This document shows, piece by piece, positions 47,750 through 58,158 of a DNA stretch of 64,000 nt; positions within the stretch are counted from its first letter, which is position 1, and every line of letters begins with the position of its first letter. The DNA lies in assembly GCA_046861385.1 (NCBI GenBank), contig JBHHTW010000004.1, forward strand, positions 53,756 to 117,755, read 5' to 3'. The notes beneath the pieces were generated by a model. That model had not been told where the DNA came from. It ran no database searches and saw only the letters and a program-made list of their open reading frames with translations. This stretch comes from Fidelibacterota bacterium. Lineage in GTDB: Bacteria > Fidelibacterota > Marinisomatia > Marinisomatales > TCS55. The translations under genes and the position numbers were made by a program.

Positions 47750-49411
47750 TTAACTGATCATAATCCTGCTCATTTCTTCGATGGAAGTTTGCCCGGAATT
47801 GACATACTCTAAGGCAGAATCTTTCAATATTTTCATTCCGTTCTTTTGAGCGGCCCGCTGAATTTCTGCGGCGGTGGAATGCTTATTGATTAAATTAGCG
47901 ATTTCTTCATTAGGAATTAATAATTCCAGTACTGCGGCTCGACCGTGATATCCTGAGTTCTTGCAATGGGGGCATCCTGTTGCCTTATAAACTTTGCCTT
48001 TGAGCTTCTCTAATATTCCCAGTGATTCAAGAGCAGTTTCCGGCGAATCCATTACAACTTTGCACCGTGGACACAAAAGTCTAATGAGCCGTTGAGCCAA
48101 TACTGCCCTGACGGATGAACTGATCAAAAAAGCATCCAAACCCATATCCAACATTCTCGAAAAACTTGAGGCAGCATCGTTAGTATGTATCGTGCTGAAC
48201 ACCAGGTGGCCTGTCAATGCGGCACGAATGGCTAGCTCGATTGTCTCAACGTCCCTCATCTCTCCTACCAGTATAATATCCGGATCCTGCCGTAACATTG
48301 ACCTCAGTGCGCCAGTAAATGTCATCCCTGCCCTTGTGTTCACCTGAGCTTGATTAATGTTCTCGAGCTGATACTCAATGGGATCTTCAATGGTCATAAT
48401 ATTGACCTCGACAGTGTTTACCACATTCATGGTGGCGTACAGAGAAGTGGTTTTCCCACTACCTGTCGGACCAGAAACCAGGATAATACCGTTTGGGTTA
48501 CGAATAACTTCTCTCCATGTTTTTAAAATTTCTTCAGAAAAACCGAGTTTATGCAATTCAATTCTCCCCCGGGATTCATCCAAAATTCTTAATACAATTT
48601 TTTCACCGGTCACTGCTGGAAAAGTTGAAGACCTTACATCCACTTTTCGACCACCGACTTCGTAAGAAAATCTTCCATCCTGAGGAGCTCTGGATTCAGC
48701 AATATCCATATCAGCCAAAATTTTTATCCTGGATATCAACGGCGCCATGGAAGATTTTGGTATTGTGTAATATTGCTGCAGCACTCCATCCACCCGATAC
48801 CGGACGCGGACATCTTTCTCACGCGGCTCAATATGAATATCACTGGCTCCCATTTTTATAGCTTCATTAAACAGCATATTGACTGCTTCCACAATTTCAG
48901 TTTCTTCTTCAATTTCTTTTGAAACAACCCGGGCATCTTTATCGGTACTGCCTCCAATTTTTGAAAGATATTTGGCGGCACTGTAAAAAAGATCAATGCT
49001 TTGTTCAATATCAGATTCTGTTGACAGCACCAATTTGATATCCATATTGGTTTTATCACTGATTTCATCAATAATCTCAATGTTTAGTGGGTCAGAAATG
49101 GCGACGGTCAGTGTCTGATCAATAATAAATAGCGGTACAATTTTTTGCTTTAATGCCGTTTTTTCATCAATAATTTCTAAAGCCTCGGGCTGGACTTCAT
49201 AATTCAATAATTGAAGGAATGGAATTTTTAATTGTTCACTAAGTGTTTTAACAAATTCTATTTCGGTGAGAAGACCCAGCTCTAAAATGGCCTTCCCTAG
49301 GTAAATATTTCTGCTTTTTTTATATGATAAAGCTTCTTCCAATTGATTTTCATCAATCTTCCCCGCATCAATAAGAATTTGACCTATTTGTTTTTTACGC
49401 TGAATGGCCAT
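47750..49411 (-). CDS. pilB: Extension ATPase (PilB/GspE/MshE)
   Basis: Likely start 49411; KQIGQILI MshEN-like N-terminus; GPTGSGKTT, LRQDPD, two CxxC. Confidence 0.92.
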   Translation of the reverse strand: MAIQRKKQIGQILIDAGKIDENQLEEALSYKKSRNIYLGKAILELGLLTEIEFVKTLSEQLKIPFLQLLNYEVQPEALEIIDEKTALKQKIVPLFIIDQTLTVAISDPLNIEIIDEISDKTNMDIKLVLSTESDIEQSIDLFYSAAKYLSKIGGSTDKDARVVSKEIEEETEIVEAVNMLFNEAIKMGASDIHIEPREKDVRVRYRVDGVLQQYYTIPKSSMAPLISRIKILADMDIAESRAPQDGRFSYEVGGRKVDVRSSTFPAVTGEKIVLRILDESRGRIELHKLGFSEEILKTWREVIRNPNGIILVSGPTGSGKTTSLYATMNVVNTVEVNIMTIEDPIEYQLENINQAQVNTRAGMTFTGALRSMLRQDPDIILVGEMRDVETIELAIRAALTGHLVFSTIHTNDAASSFSRMLDMGLDAFLISSSVRAVLAQRLIRLLCPRCKVVMDSPETALESLGILEKLKGKVYKATGCPHCKNSGYHGRAAVLELLIPNEEIANLINKHSTAAEIQRAAQKNGMKILKDSALEYVNSGQTSIEEMSRIMIS

Positions 49412-49557
49412 GAAATCTCCCTTTTTGAGACCAATTGATCGTTTGGTAATGACAATGGTAAATATAAGGATTTTTGATGACCAGAATATAGTCATCTATT
49501 AAATTATCAAATTTCCAATTCCGGGTACCTATAATATTCAAATACATATTCCCGTAC

Positions 49558-50319
49558 CTAAAACATCAGATTTAAATACATATTAATGATATCCTGTCCC
49601 CACAGTAAAGCTACGATTGTTCCCAAACTTAAAAATGGCCCGAATGGAATTCTCTGTCCAAAGGATATTTTTCCAAACGGCATCAATATTAAAATGAGAA
49701 TCGATGCAAATATAAAAGATAAAAATATTGCCAGTAACCCGTTATCCCATCCTAATAACAATCCGATCAATGCTGCATATTTCACATCCCCCATCCCCAT
49801 GCTATCTTTTTTAAAAATGAGTTTTCCCAATAGACTAATTAAAAGAATCCCGGACCCAAGGCTTATTGCGCCAATAAAATTGGGTAATGAATTCTGAATT
49901 CCATTATTGACGATGGTATAGATTGCAGGAATAATGCCTATTAATAATAACCTGTTTGGAATAATAAGGTGATCAATATCAATGACCGTGATGATGAGAA
50001 TAATGCTGGAAAATAAAACGGACATTACAAAATCGAAAGATAACCCAAATCGAAAATATAGAAGGATGAATAATAATGAGGTCATTAATTCAACCAAAGG
50101 ATAACGAATTGAAATTGAAGTGTTACAGTTTGAACACTTTCCTCGAAGCATTAAGTAACTCAAAATCGGAATATTCTCCCAAGATTTAATTTGGTATTCA
50201 CAATTCGGACAATGGGATCTTGGAAAAACGATAGATTCTTCCCGGGGAATTCTATAAATGCAAACATTTAAAAAACTTCCAACCATGAGCCCAAATAAAC
50301 CAATGAAGAATAATTCCAT
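49558..50319 (-). CDS. pilD: Prepilin peptidase
   Basis: GSFLNVCIYRIP, CPNC/CSNC, GMGDVK, IPFGPFL. Confidence 0.95.
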   Translation of the reverse strand: MELFFIGLFGLMVGSFLNVCIYRIPREESIVFPRSHCPNCEYQIKSWENIPILSYLMLRGKCSNCNTSISIRYPLVELMTSLLFILLYFRFGLSFDFVMSVLFSSIILIITVIDIDHLIIPNRLLLIGIIPAIYTIVNNGIQNSLPNFIGAISLGSGILLISLLGKLIFKKDSMGMGDVKYAALIGLLLGWDNGLLAIFLSFIFASILILILMPFGKISFGQRIPFGPFLSLGTIVALLWGQDIINMYLNLMF

Positions 50320-50334
50320 AATCAGGGACCTAAA

Positions 50335-50700
50335 TTATAAATATGCTTTTAGTTGTTCATAAAGATTTTCAGGGTCAACAGGTTTTGTTACGTATAAATC
50401 TGCTCCGCTTTGCTTTCCCAAATCCCTCTCGCGGTCGGTATCCTTTGCCGATACAATCACGATGGGAATATGTCTGTATTGATTATCAAATTTGAGTAAT
50501 CTGCAAACGTGATAGCCATCGATCACTGGTAACATGAGATCAAGAATGATGGCATCCGGTGATTCAGACCTGGCAAGGTTCAACCCAGAAATACCATCTT
50601 CTGCTATTACCACTGTTAATCCTTTTGATTCAAGATACATTTGTATCGGTTTAATAAAAAATTCTTCATCATCAATAAACAATATTTTTTTATTTTCCAT
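50335..50700 (-). CDS. Single-domain response regulator
   Basis: IDDE, ILDLMLP, VSA, TKPV. Confidence 0.9.
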   Translation of the reverse strand: MENKKILFIDDEEFFIKPIQMYLESKGLTVVIAEDGISGLNLARSESPDAIILDLMLPVIDGYHVCRLLKFDNQYRHIPIVIVSAKDTDRERDLGKQSGADLYVTKPVDPENLYEQLKAYL

Positions 50701-50720
50701 AATGGTTCCTGTTCAGACTG

Positions 50721-51827
50721 TTAGTCATCATCTTCTAGTAATTCTATTCTTTGGCTAAACATTTGTTCTTCTTTTGATCTAATCTTGAGTTTAAGGTCGT
50801 GAGGTCTATCTGAATTTTCAATAGCAGTATCCTCAGAAATTATTCCTTCTTTATAAAATTTATATAAAGCCTGGTCGAATAGCATCATACCTTCGCTGGT
50901 TGACGATTGAATGGTATGTCTTAAGAGTTGAAATTCCCCTTTTCGGACTAAGTCCCTTATTCGAGCTGTTGATAACATGATTTCCATTGCAGCGGTTCTT
51001 CCGCCATCAATCGTCGGTACCAACCTTTGGGCAATGATGGCCAAAAGATTTTGGCTTAACTGCAATTGGATCATTTCCTTCTGATCTGCATCATAAAAAC
51101 TGCAAACCCTTTCGATGGTTTGATAAGCATTACTGGCGTGGAGCGTGCTGACCACTAAGTGGCCTGTTTCAGCAAAATTTAGAGCGGCGCCTAAGGTTTC
51201 CTGGTCCCTGATTTCCCCAATCAATATCATGGAGGGGGCCTCCCTTAATGCGCTCTTCAATGCTGTTTGAAATGAGGCAGTATCAATTCCGATTTCCCGT
51301 TGGGTAATAATTGCTTTTTTATGACTGTGTAAAAATTCAATCGGGTCTTCCAGCGTTAATATATGGCCTGGCACACTGGCATTTCGATGATCCACCATAG
51401 CTGACATTGTGGTTGATTTCCCAGATCCTGTAGCGCCAACTACTAAAATTAGACCCCGATCCTTTTCAACTATATCTCCCAGTAATGAAGGTAAGTTTAA
51501 CGCTTCCAAAGATTGGATTTCGGATATTATTCGTCTGATAACAAAAGAGTCAGAATTTCTTTGTCTGAAAAAGTTGACCCTGAACCGGCCTTCTCCCGGT
51601 AAGCTATAGGTAAAGTCCAATTCCCTTTTTTCAGTATATAACATCCGATTCTTGTCATCCAATATTTCTGACTTGAGTGCATTCATTATTTCAGGAATAA
51701 CAATTTCTTTTTCCAATGGAATTGCTTTTCCCTGTATTTTTAGCATGGGGTACGTCCCAAGGGCAACATATAGATCGGAAGCTTCTGTTTCTTTCATTAC
51801 GTTTAACAAATCTTTAATTGAATACAT
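50721..51827 (-). CDS. pilU: Retraction ATPase PilU-like
   Basis: GATGSGKST, LREAP, TLHASNA, RIRDLVRK, FDQAL. Confidence 0.85.
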   Translation of the reverse strand: MYSIKDLLNVMKETEASDLYVALGTYPMLKIQGKAIPLEKEIVIPEIMNALKSEILDDKNRMLYTEKRELDFTYSLPGEGRFRVNFFRQRNSDSFVIRRIISEIQSLEALNLPSLLGDIVEKDRGLILVVGATGSGKSTTMSAMVDHRNASVPGHILTLEDPIEFLHSHKKAIITQREIGIDTASFQTALKSALREAPSMILIGEIRDQETLGAALNFAETGHLVVSTLHASNAYQTIERVCSFYDADQKEMIQLQLSQNLLAIIAQRLVPTIDGGRTAAMEIMLSTARIRDLVRKGEFQLLRHTIQSSTSEGMMLFDQALYKFYKEGIISEDTAIENSDRPHDLKLKIRSKEEQMFSQRIELLEDDD

Positions 51828-51830
51828 AGC

Positions 51831-52877
51831 TTAATTCTTTTCTGCTGTGTTGGTAAAATCCGGGATGATTTCTTGTATTTGCTTTTCATTAATACTTCCG
51901 GAAGATATCAACTTATTAAGAGACTGCTCCATGGTAATCATACCTTGTTTTCCACTTGTTTGAAGAACAGACGGCAGCTGGAAGGTCTTCTTTTCACGAA
52001 TTAGGTTCGCAACTGCCGGTGTACCGACCATTATTTCGAATGCGGCGGTACGACCGCCACCTTTCTTCAATAGCAAGACTTGAGAAACAACAGCTAAAAT
52101 GGACTCACTTAACTGAGTTCGAATTTGATCCTGTTGTTCAGATGGAAATTGATCCATGATTCTATCCAGTGTTTTGGTCGCATTGATTGTATGGAGTGTC
52201 CCAAAAACCAGATGACCCGTTTCTGCGGCTGTTATGGCGAGGGCAGTTGTTTCCAAATCCCTCATTTCTCCTACAACGATAACATCCGGGTCCTCCCTGA
52301 GGGCGCTTCGAAGAGCTTTTGCGTACGAATGGGTACTGGTTCCGATTTCTCTGTGATTTACCAGTGATTTTTTACTCTGGTGAACAAATTCAATAGGATC
52401 TTCTATGGTAATGATATGTTTTTTGAAATGGCTATTAATATAGTCAATTAATGTATTTAACGTCGTTGTTTTACCACTACCTGTTGGTCCAGTAATGAGG
52501 ATTAATCCTTTTCTTTTGCTTATGACATCTTTCATTACATCCGGTAGATTCAAATCTTCAAAAGTATATACTTTCTCGATGACTGACCTTAGAACGGCTG
52601 TATCACCGTGCATACTTTTGAATACATTGACCCGAAAACGGCCCATTGTTTGAAAATCGCAAGAAAAATCCAATTCTAATTCTTCTTCGTACTTTTTCCG
52701 CTGATTGTCATTCATTATATCGTAAATAAGAACATGGACTTCTTCAGGCAACATGGGTTTGAGTTTTGTTTTCCGCATTTCACCATCAATTCGTACAATG
52801 GGTGAAGAATAAGGACTAAGATGCAAATCTGACGCTCCAGCATCCCTCATAAAATTTAGTAGTTCATAAATTTCCAT
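51831..52877 (-). CDS. pilT: Retraction ATPase PilT
   Basis: ASDLH, GPTGSGKTT, LREDPD, AETGHLVFGTLH, AVANLIRE. Confidence 0.93.
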   Translation of the reverse strand: MEIYELLNFMRDAGASDLHLSPYSSPIVRIDGEMRKTKLKPMLPEEVHVLIYDIMNDNQRKKYEEELELDFSCDFQTMGRFRVNVFKSMHGDTAVLRSVIEKVYTFEDLNLPDVMKDVISKRKGLILITGPTGSGKTTTLNTLIDYINSHFKKHIITIEDPIEFVHQSKKSLVNHREIGTSTHSYAKALRSALREDPDVIVVGEMRDLETTALAITAAETGHLVFGTLHTINATKTLDRIMDQFPSEQQDQIRTQLSESILAVVSQVLLLKKGGGRTAAFEIMVGTPAVANLIREKKTFQLPSVLQTSGKQGMITMEQSLNKLISSGSINEKQIQEIIPDFTNTAEKN

Positions 52878-52889
52878 ATCGTTTTCACT

Positions 52890-54656
52890 TTATTTCAAAT
52901 TAACAATGTTAGGTGTAATGAAGATCAACAATTCCCGTTGTTCGTTTTTTGTTGTTTTATTGGTGAATAATTTTTTCAAAATGGGTATTTTCCCTAGAAT
53001 TGGAACCGATGTTTCAGTATCAATTCTTTGATCAAAAATTAAACCACCAATGAGCAGCGTTTCCCCATTGGGAACGGTCACCGTGGTTTTTGTGGATCGA
53101 CTGGAGATAACAGGTCGGTCATTATTCGGGCCAACAAAATTGACCAATGCATCTACATTGGCCTGAATATTCATTGTTACAAAACGTTTTTCATTAATAC
53201 GGGGTAGAATATTTAAAGATACGCTGACTTCCTCTTCTTGAAAAGAAGTTGTTTGACCCCCTAAAGCTCCTCCACTAGCTTGGGGGACTAGGATGGGATA
53301 AGTTGTTCCGGAAGTCAATGTTGCCAGTGTGTTATCCTGAGTAGTTGTTTGAGGTTCCTGCACAATTCTTGTCTTATTATCCGTTGATAAAATATTCAAT
53401 AGAGCTGAAAACGTCGGGAGATTGAGAGTAGCAATTCTAATATCTTTTGTTATCCAACCAATATCGATTCCGGAGGAAGCATCAGTCCCGCTTGAGGGAG
53501 TCGGCCCTGATAATGAAGCTCTCATATCCCAATTAATTCCCAATTGTTCATCGAGGGACAAGGTAGTTTCGATAAATTTTACAGCAATATTGATCTGAGC
53601 AATGGGTTTATCCAATTTATGTATTAATTCTTCGATACGATCGAAATTATAATGGGTATCCGTTACAACCAAATTATCTATTGATGATCCGCTGGTGCCC
53701 CCCGCACCCCCCGCACCCCCGGCACCGCCTGTGCCGGTGCTGGTACTGGACTGACTGGCGCCTGTTGTCGGTGTAACTCCTCCGCCTAAGGCACCTAATA
53801 AACCTCCACCACCAGTCGCTCCTTGAGTGGCTCCTCCCCCGCCGATCCCGGTACCGCCTCCTTTCGCAACGGGAGAAAACACCTGGACTTTTCCTTTATC
53901 AGTTAATACATCTGTTAATGCGGACGATAAAGCCACTGCATCGATGTATTCTAATTTATACAATCTTGTTTCCAACTCTCCTGCCATATCCGTATCAATT
54001 GGCTTTATTACAACAATATTTTCCTGCATAAACCAATCGTAGCCGTTCACTTTTAGAATAGCGTCCAGTGCCGTTCCTAGATTAACATCATCAAGGGAAA
54101 CAGTTACTTTTCCCTCCACATCTTCCCCTGCAATAATATTTATACCATTTTGCGTTTGTAATAGTCGCAGTATATCAATGATTTCAGCTTCCTTAAAATG
54201 CAGGGAAACTGTTGTATCAAAAGTGGTCAGTCGTCGGGCAATTCGCCTTTGCTCCATTTCGTCTTTTTTGGGCGTCCAGGTAATTCTGGTAAGGAGTCCA
54301 CCTTCCGTTTCGATATGATACTCCGGCAAATTTGTAAAAAATAAAGTAACTTCCGTAGAAAATTTATTGGTGCCAACATTTTTTGCTTCTATTTTATACA
54401 TCGGGGGTAAACTGATCTGTTTGGCATACCTATCCTGGGTAAATTCCATATAAGGAAAAAGCAATGTCAACATCGGTGGTGAATGGGTGACGTTTTCCTC
54501 AAATTCAATTGGATGGGATGTTTTGATTGTTACACCCATTTCAGTTTCTGTTTCAAAAGTTGTGATTAATTCAACCTGCTTGTTTCCCAGTAACATTATT
54601 GGCCAAATAAAAAACAAAGCCGATATTATTTTTTTATAAAAAATAATTTTACTCAT
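52890..54656 (-). CDS. pilQ: Secretin (PilQ/MshL-like) with Gly/Thr-rich insertion
   Basis: QINIAVKFIE, LGINW, GETLLIGGL, VPILGKIP..KLF, ELLIFITP. Confidence 0.9.
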   Translation of the reverse strand: MSKIIFYKKIISALFFIWPIMLLGNKQVELITTFETETEMGVTIKTSHPIEFEENVTHSPPMLTLLFPYMEFTQDRYAKQISLPPMYKIEAKNVGTNKFSTEVTLFFTNLPEYHIETEGGLLTRITWTPKKDEMEQRRIARRLTTFDTTVSLHFKEAEIIDILRLLQTQNGINIIAGEDVEGKVTVSLDDVNLGTALDAILKVNGYDWFMQENIVVIKPIDTDMAGELETRLYKLEYIDAVALSSALTDVLTDKGKVQVFSPVAKGGGTGIGGGGATQGATGGGGLLGALGGGVTPTTGASQSSTSTGTGGAGGAGGAGGTSGSSIDNLVVTDTHYNFDRIEELIHKLDKPIAQINIAVKFIETTLSLDEQLGINWDMRASLSGPTPSSGTDASSGIDIGWITKDIRIATLNLPTFSALLNILSTDNKTRIVQEPQTTTQDNTLATLTSGTTYPILVPQASGGALGGQTTSFQEEEVSVSLNILPRINEKRFVTMNIQANVDALVNFVGPNNDRPVISSRSTKTTVTVPNGETLLIGGLIFDQRIDTETSVPILGKIPILKKLFTNKTTKNEQRELLIFITPNIVNLK

Positions 54657-55158
54657 TTAATGCTAACCTTAATGTTTTTGAGCCCTGCTTTAATAAAACA
54701 TGATCCTTAGCAATTTTATCAACCCGGTAGCCGCCGACGACATCCTCTAATTTCACTATTTGTCCATTGATGATGGCAAATCCTGAATTGCCATGCCAGG
54801 ATATTCCTGTGAGCGAAAAATTGCTTACATTCGCAACTTCGCTGACTTGTCCAAAGATATTATCAATTAGACCACTTTTTGATTTTACTGTGAGGGATTC
54901 GGGTGAAACATAAAAAAATGGATCCCTATCCCAACCTTTTTCCCAATCTACCTCAACTACCGAAGCTAAATCAATTATTCTGTGAATCTCATCAAGTTCA
55001 GAAGCTCCTTCATTACCCGAGACAGCTCTGGAAAGAATTGTGGCGGGAGTTTTGATGATATCTATTGGTGAACTGTTTTTGTCGATGAAGTAGTAAGCCA
55101 CTACAACAGCCAAAATTCCCCCCAGGATTAGTTGCCGTTTATTTTCTATTTGCTTCAT
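54649..55158 (-). CDS. PilP/MshK-like protein
   Basis: N-terminal TM; RDPF, LTGI, AIING; between pilO and the secretin. Confidence 0.65.
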   Translation of the reverse strand: MKQIENKRQLILGGILAVVVAYYFIDKNSSPIDIIKTPATILSRAVSGNEGASELDEIHRIIDLASVVEVDWEKGWDRDPFFYVSPESLTVKSKSGLIDNIFGQVSEVANVSNFSLTGISWHGNSGFAIINGQIVKLEDVVGGYRVDKIAKDHVLLKQGSKTLRLALNE

Positions 55159-55733
55159 GTTTTTCTCAGCTCATCGAAAATTATGTATGCAAAAAGAACT
55201 ATATCACAGGATAAAATCTCACTGTTATTCAATTCTGTTTCCAGATTCATTGTATAAACATTTACTATTTTTTCAATTTTTAATATTTCTTCTACAAAGG
55301 AACCAATCGTCAGATAATTTCCATAAATACGCAATTGAATAGGGCGTCTTTCAATATGTTTCTGGGTATAATTCAATTTCGTTTTCAATGCCGGGAAAGA
55401 ATCCTCCATTTTCGGATGGAATGACTCAATCGTAATAGATTGTTTTTCGGCAATTTCGCGTATTTTTTCAATTACATTCGCATATGTATCAAAATCGGGT
55501 ATGGTTGTTTTCAACGAATCAAATTCAATTATTTTTGAAACATGTCTTTCCTTGACTTCATCATATCCTTCTTCAATTTGAGATAACATGATAAAATTAT
55601 TTTCAATCGCATTGTATTCTTTCTCTAACTTTTCCATTTCATCCCCATTTTCAATTACGTCAAAATAAGTCCATAAACCAGTCGAAACGAATAACACTGC
55701 AACTAAAATAAAAAATATAATTCGATCATGCAT
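55155..55733 (-). CDS. pilO: PilO-like alignment protein
   Basis: TM + coiled coil; PIQLRIYGNY..IG.F. Confidence 0.8.
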   Translation of the reverse strand: MHDRIIFFILVAVLFVSTGLWTYFDVIENGDEMEKLEKEYNAIENNFIMLSQIEEGYDEVKERHVSKIIEFDSLKTTIPDFDTYANVIEKIREIAEKQSITIESFHPKMEDSFPALKTKLNYTQKHIERRPIQLRIYGNYLTIGSFVEEILKIEKIVNVYTMNLETELNNSEILSCDIVLFAYIIFDELRKT

Positions 55734-55737
55734 AGAG

Positions 55738-58158
55738 CTAATACCTCACATTCAAGGTAAAAAATAATTTTCCTTCTGTATTTTTAGTGGTTTCATCCAT
55801 TTTCAGATCTATTTTTGTGAATATATTTAACTGTTCTAATTTCATCATAAAATTAGTTAAATGTATATCAGAAACTGAAGCATCTGCCTGTACAAAACCA
55901 CTGAGAGTCAATCCATCAATAAATTTCTTATTCCCTATATTTTCATTATCTTGATCGGAGTCTTTTGCAATTTTTTTAAAATGTAATTTCGTTATTTTAA
56001 TATCCTTCGGTATAACAGAGGAAAACATTTTCAATGTTTTTAATATGTTATATGAATGTTTTCGATCGTTTTCAAGAAATGTAGAATATCCATTCAAGAT
56101 ATCGATATCAGTCATTAAGCCAAGATATTCCTTTGCCTGTACGGATAGTTTTTCCCACTGATTACCGCGCTTTTTTAAATTCTCTTCCAAATGATTAATT
56201 TGAAATGTCGATATGATTGTTGAGACGACATAAATTGGAAGTAAAAAAGCTACAAGAACAGCCGCAACCTTATACAGGAATAAATATTTATAATTTGTCT
56301 TTATTTTTTGGGGAAGAACATTTATTCTCTCAACTTCTTCAGATGCAAGAGCAAAATTGGTTGTAAATAAGGGCAATTGTCTATTCCTAAGCACACCACT
56401 ATCACTTACATGATAAGGGCCTTTCCGCATGGGATTTAATAAGCCTATTTTCACGTTCAAATTAGTTTCTAACGTCTTTAATAAATTGGGGAATGTTGCA
56501 CAAATTCCATCAAACAGCATTTCTGTCCATTCTATATCAGATACCTGCTTTGTAAAATATTTCATCGATCGATTAATTTCACTTGTGAGGCGTTCAAGGG
56601 CGGGGCGCACAAAAATGGATAACTTATATAAGCTAATATGTGATTCAAGGGTTACACCATCTGTATTTTCAGGTATGCCGTAGTCGACCAATAATTGTTT
56701 TGCCATCTGATAATCAATTTTAAACGTGCGATCTTCTCCAACAACTTTTTGCATTACTGCTTTATAAAAATCTTCTGCCCCAAAAAGAATTTCTCTTGAT
56801 AACAGGAGCTGCCGATTTTTAACAAGAGATAGAGTGGTATTATGTTCACCAAGATGAATTAAACAATAACATCCATTTTTATAATCAGGATAATTTCTTA
56901 AAAATAATTTCCACATTAATACCGGTAAGGTAGATATTAATCTTGGTTTAAGTTTTGATTGAGTAAAATAACTGATAGGTGTTTCAATATTCGTCTCATC
57001 AGAAATACCTATAACAATATTGTGTTTTTCACCATCAACGGCCTTTTGACTCACTTCATAATCAATAATAGCTTGATCAGGACTAAAGGGAATATTTTTC
57101 TTCGCATTCCAGTCCACTAAATCTTTTAATTCTTTTTTGTTTAATGACGGAGCAAGCAGCATATGGGTTTTGGTTTCGATTTTTGGTGAATAAAATGCAC
57201 CATAAGAGTATTTAATTTTCTTACTGTCTAACTCATTATTAATAATATGCTGGACCAAATCAGCACTTTTTTCGATCTGTCCATTATCAGTTGAATACGG
57301 AAGAGCGAATTCTTTTACCAGTTCAATTTCTGTTTTTGTAAAACCGGTCTTAATCTGAAGTAATCTGACATAATTTTCTCCGGCTTGTATTGTAATCCTC
57401 CTGCTAGATTCATTGAAGAGATGAAATAAAGATTGAGCGTAATCCTGAACAGTTCTCTTTTCTTGTTTTACTGATAAGGTTGATAATAATGTTGAATCGA
57501 ATTCCACCGGTGGAATTTGCTCATGATCTTTTGGCTTTGGTTTTGGTTTTGGAGTCTGAATCTGTTCCAAGAGTGACGCAGGACCCGTTCGATCCGTTTT
57601 TTTTGTTTCATCAAGTTTCTCATGCTCTTTTTTTCCGGCGTCCGCCTTTTTAGGCTCTATTTTTGGTGCTTCCGTGCTCTCATCAATCTCTTTATCACGT
57701 TTCTCTTCTGATGGCGGTGGTTTAGATCGTACTTTATTGAGGGCTTTCAATAAGTCCTGGGAAGATAATTCTTTTACTTTTGGAGAAGAATCGGGTGCTG
57801 CCTCATCCGGTACTTCATCCGGCTCACTTCTATCAGTTTCATCCAACGATTCTTTGGTAGCTTTATGGGCAATTTTTTCTTCTTCCTCTATTTGAGTAAC
57901 TTTCTCTTCCGTCAGATCATTTTCTTCAGTAAGGGTGGATAGACTGTCAGAAAGGGGTTCGGGCTCTTCCTTTATGGTCTCTGCCTGGGGTTCTTGGTTA
58001 CCCGTTTTTTCTTCTTTATCCTGCTCCTCGGAGATGGTTTGGGATGTTTCATCTGTCGCGACTTTTTCCTCATCAGTCATGGTGGTACCCTGCGAACGGA
58101 GAATATCCAGAAGACGATTTGTTGCTAACTTTTTCTCTTTTTCTTTGGGTTCAGACAT
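55738..58158 (-). CDS. pilM: PilM-PilN fusion with long acidic N-terminal extension
   Basis: Likely start 58158; IPFS...IIDY, IHLG...T.L, EINRS..YF, DG.A, INVLP, then TM, coiled coil and PilN-like C-terminus. Confidence 0.8.
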   Translation of the reverse strand: MSEPKEKEKKLATNRLLDILRSQGTTMTDEEKVATDETSQTISEEQDKEEKTGNQEPQAETIKEEPEPLSDSLSTLTEENDLTEEKVTQIEEEEKIAHKATKESLDETDRSEPDEVPDEAAPDSSPKVKELSSQDLLKALNKVRSKPPPSEEKRDKEIDESTEAPKIEPKKADAGKKEHEKLDETKKTDRTGPASLLEQIQTPKPKPKPKDHEQIPPVEFDSTLLSTLSVKQEKRTVQDYAQSLFHLFNESSRRITIQAGENYVRLLQIKTGFTKTEIELVKEFALPYSTDNGQIEKSADLVQHIINNELDSKKIKYSYGAFYSPKIETKTHMLLAPSLNKKELKDLVDWNAKKNIPFSPDQAIIDYEVSQKAVDGEKHNIVIGISDETNIETPISYFTQSKLKPRLISTLPVLMWKLFLRNYPDYKNGCYCLIHLGEHNTTLSLVKNRQLLLSREILFGAEDFYKAVMQKVVGEDRTFKIDYQMAKQLLVDYGIPENTDGVTLESHISLYKLSIFVRPALERLTSEINRSMKYFTKQVSDIEWTEMLFDGICATFPNLLKTLETNLNVKIGLLNPMRKGPYHVSDSGVLRNRQLPLFTTNFALASEEVERINVLPQKIKTNYKYLFLYKVAAVLVAFLLPIYVVSTIISTFQINHLEENLKKRGNQWEKLSVQAKEYLGLMTDIDILNGYSTFLENDRKHSYNILKTLKMFSSVIPKDIKITKLHFKKIAKDSDQDNENIGNKKFIDGLTLSGFVQADASVSDIHLTNFMMKLEQLNIFTKIDLKMDETTKNTEGKLFFTLNVRY

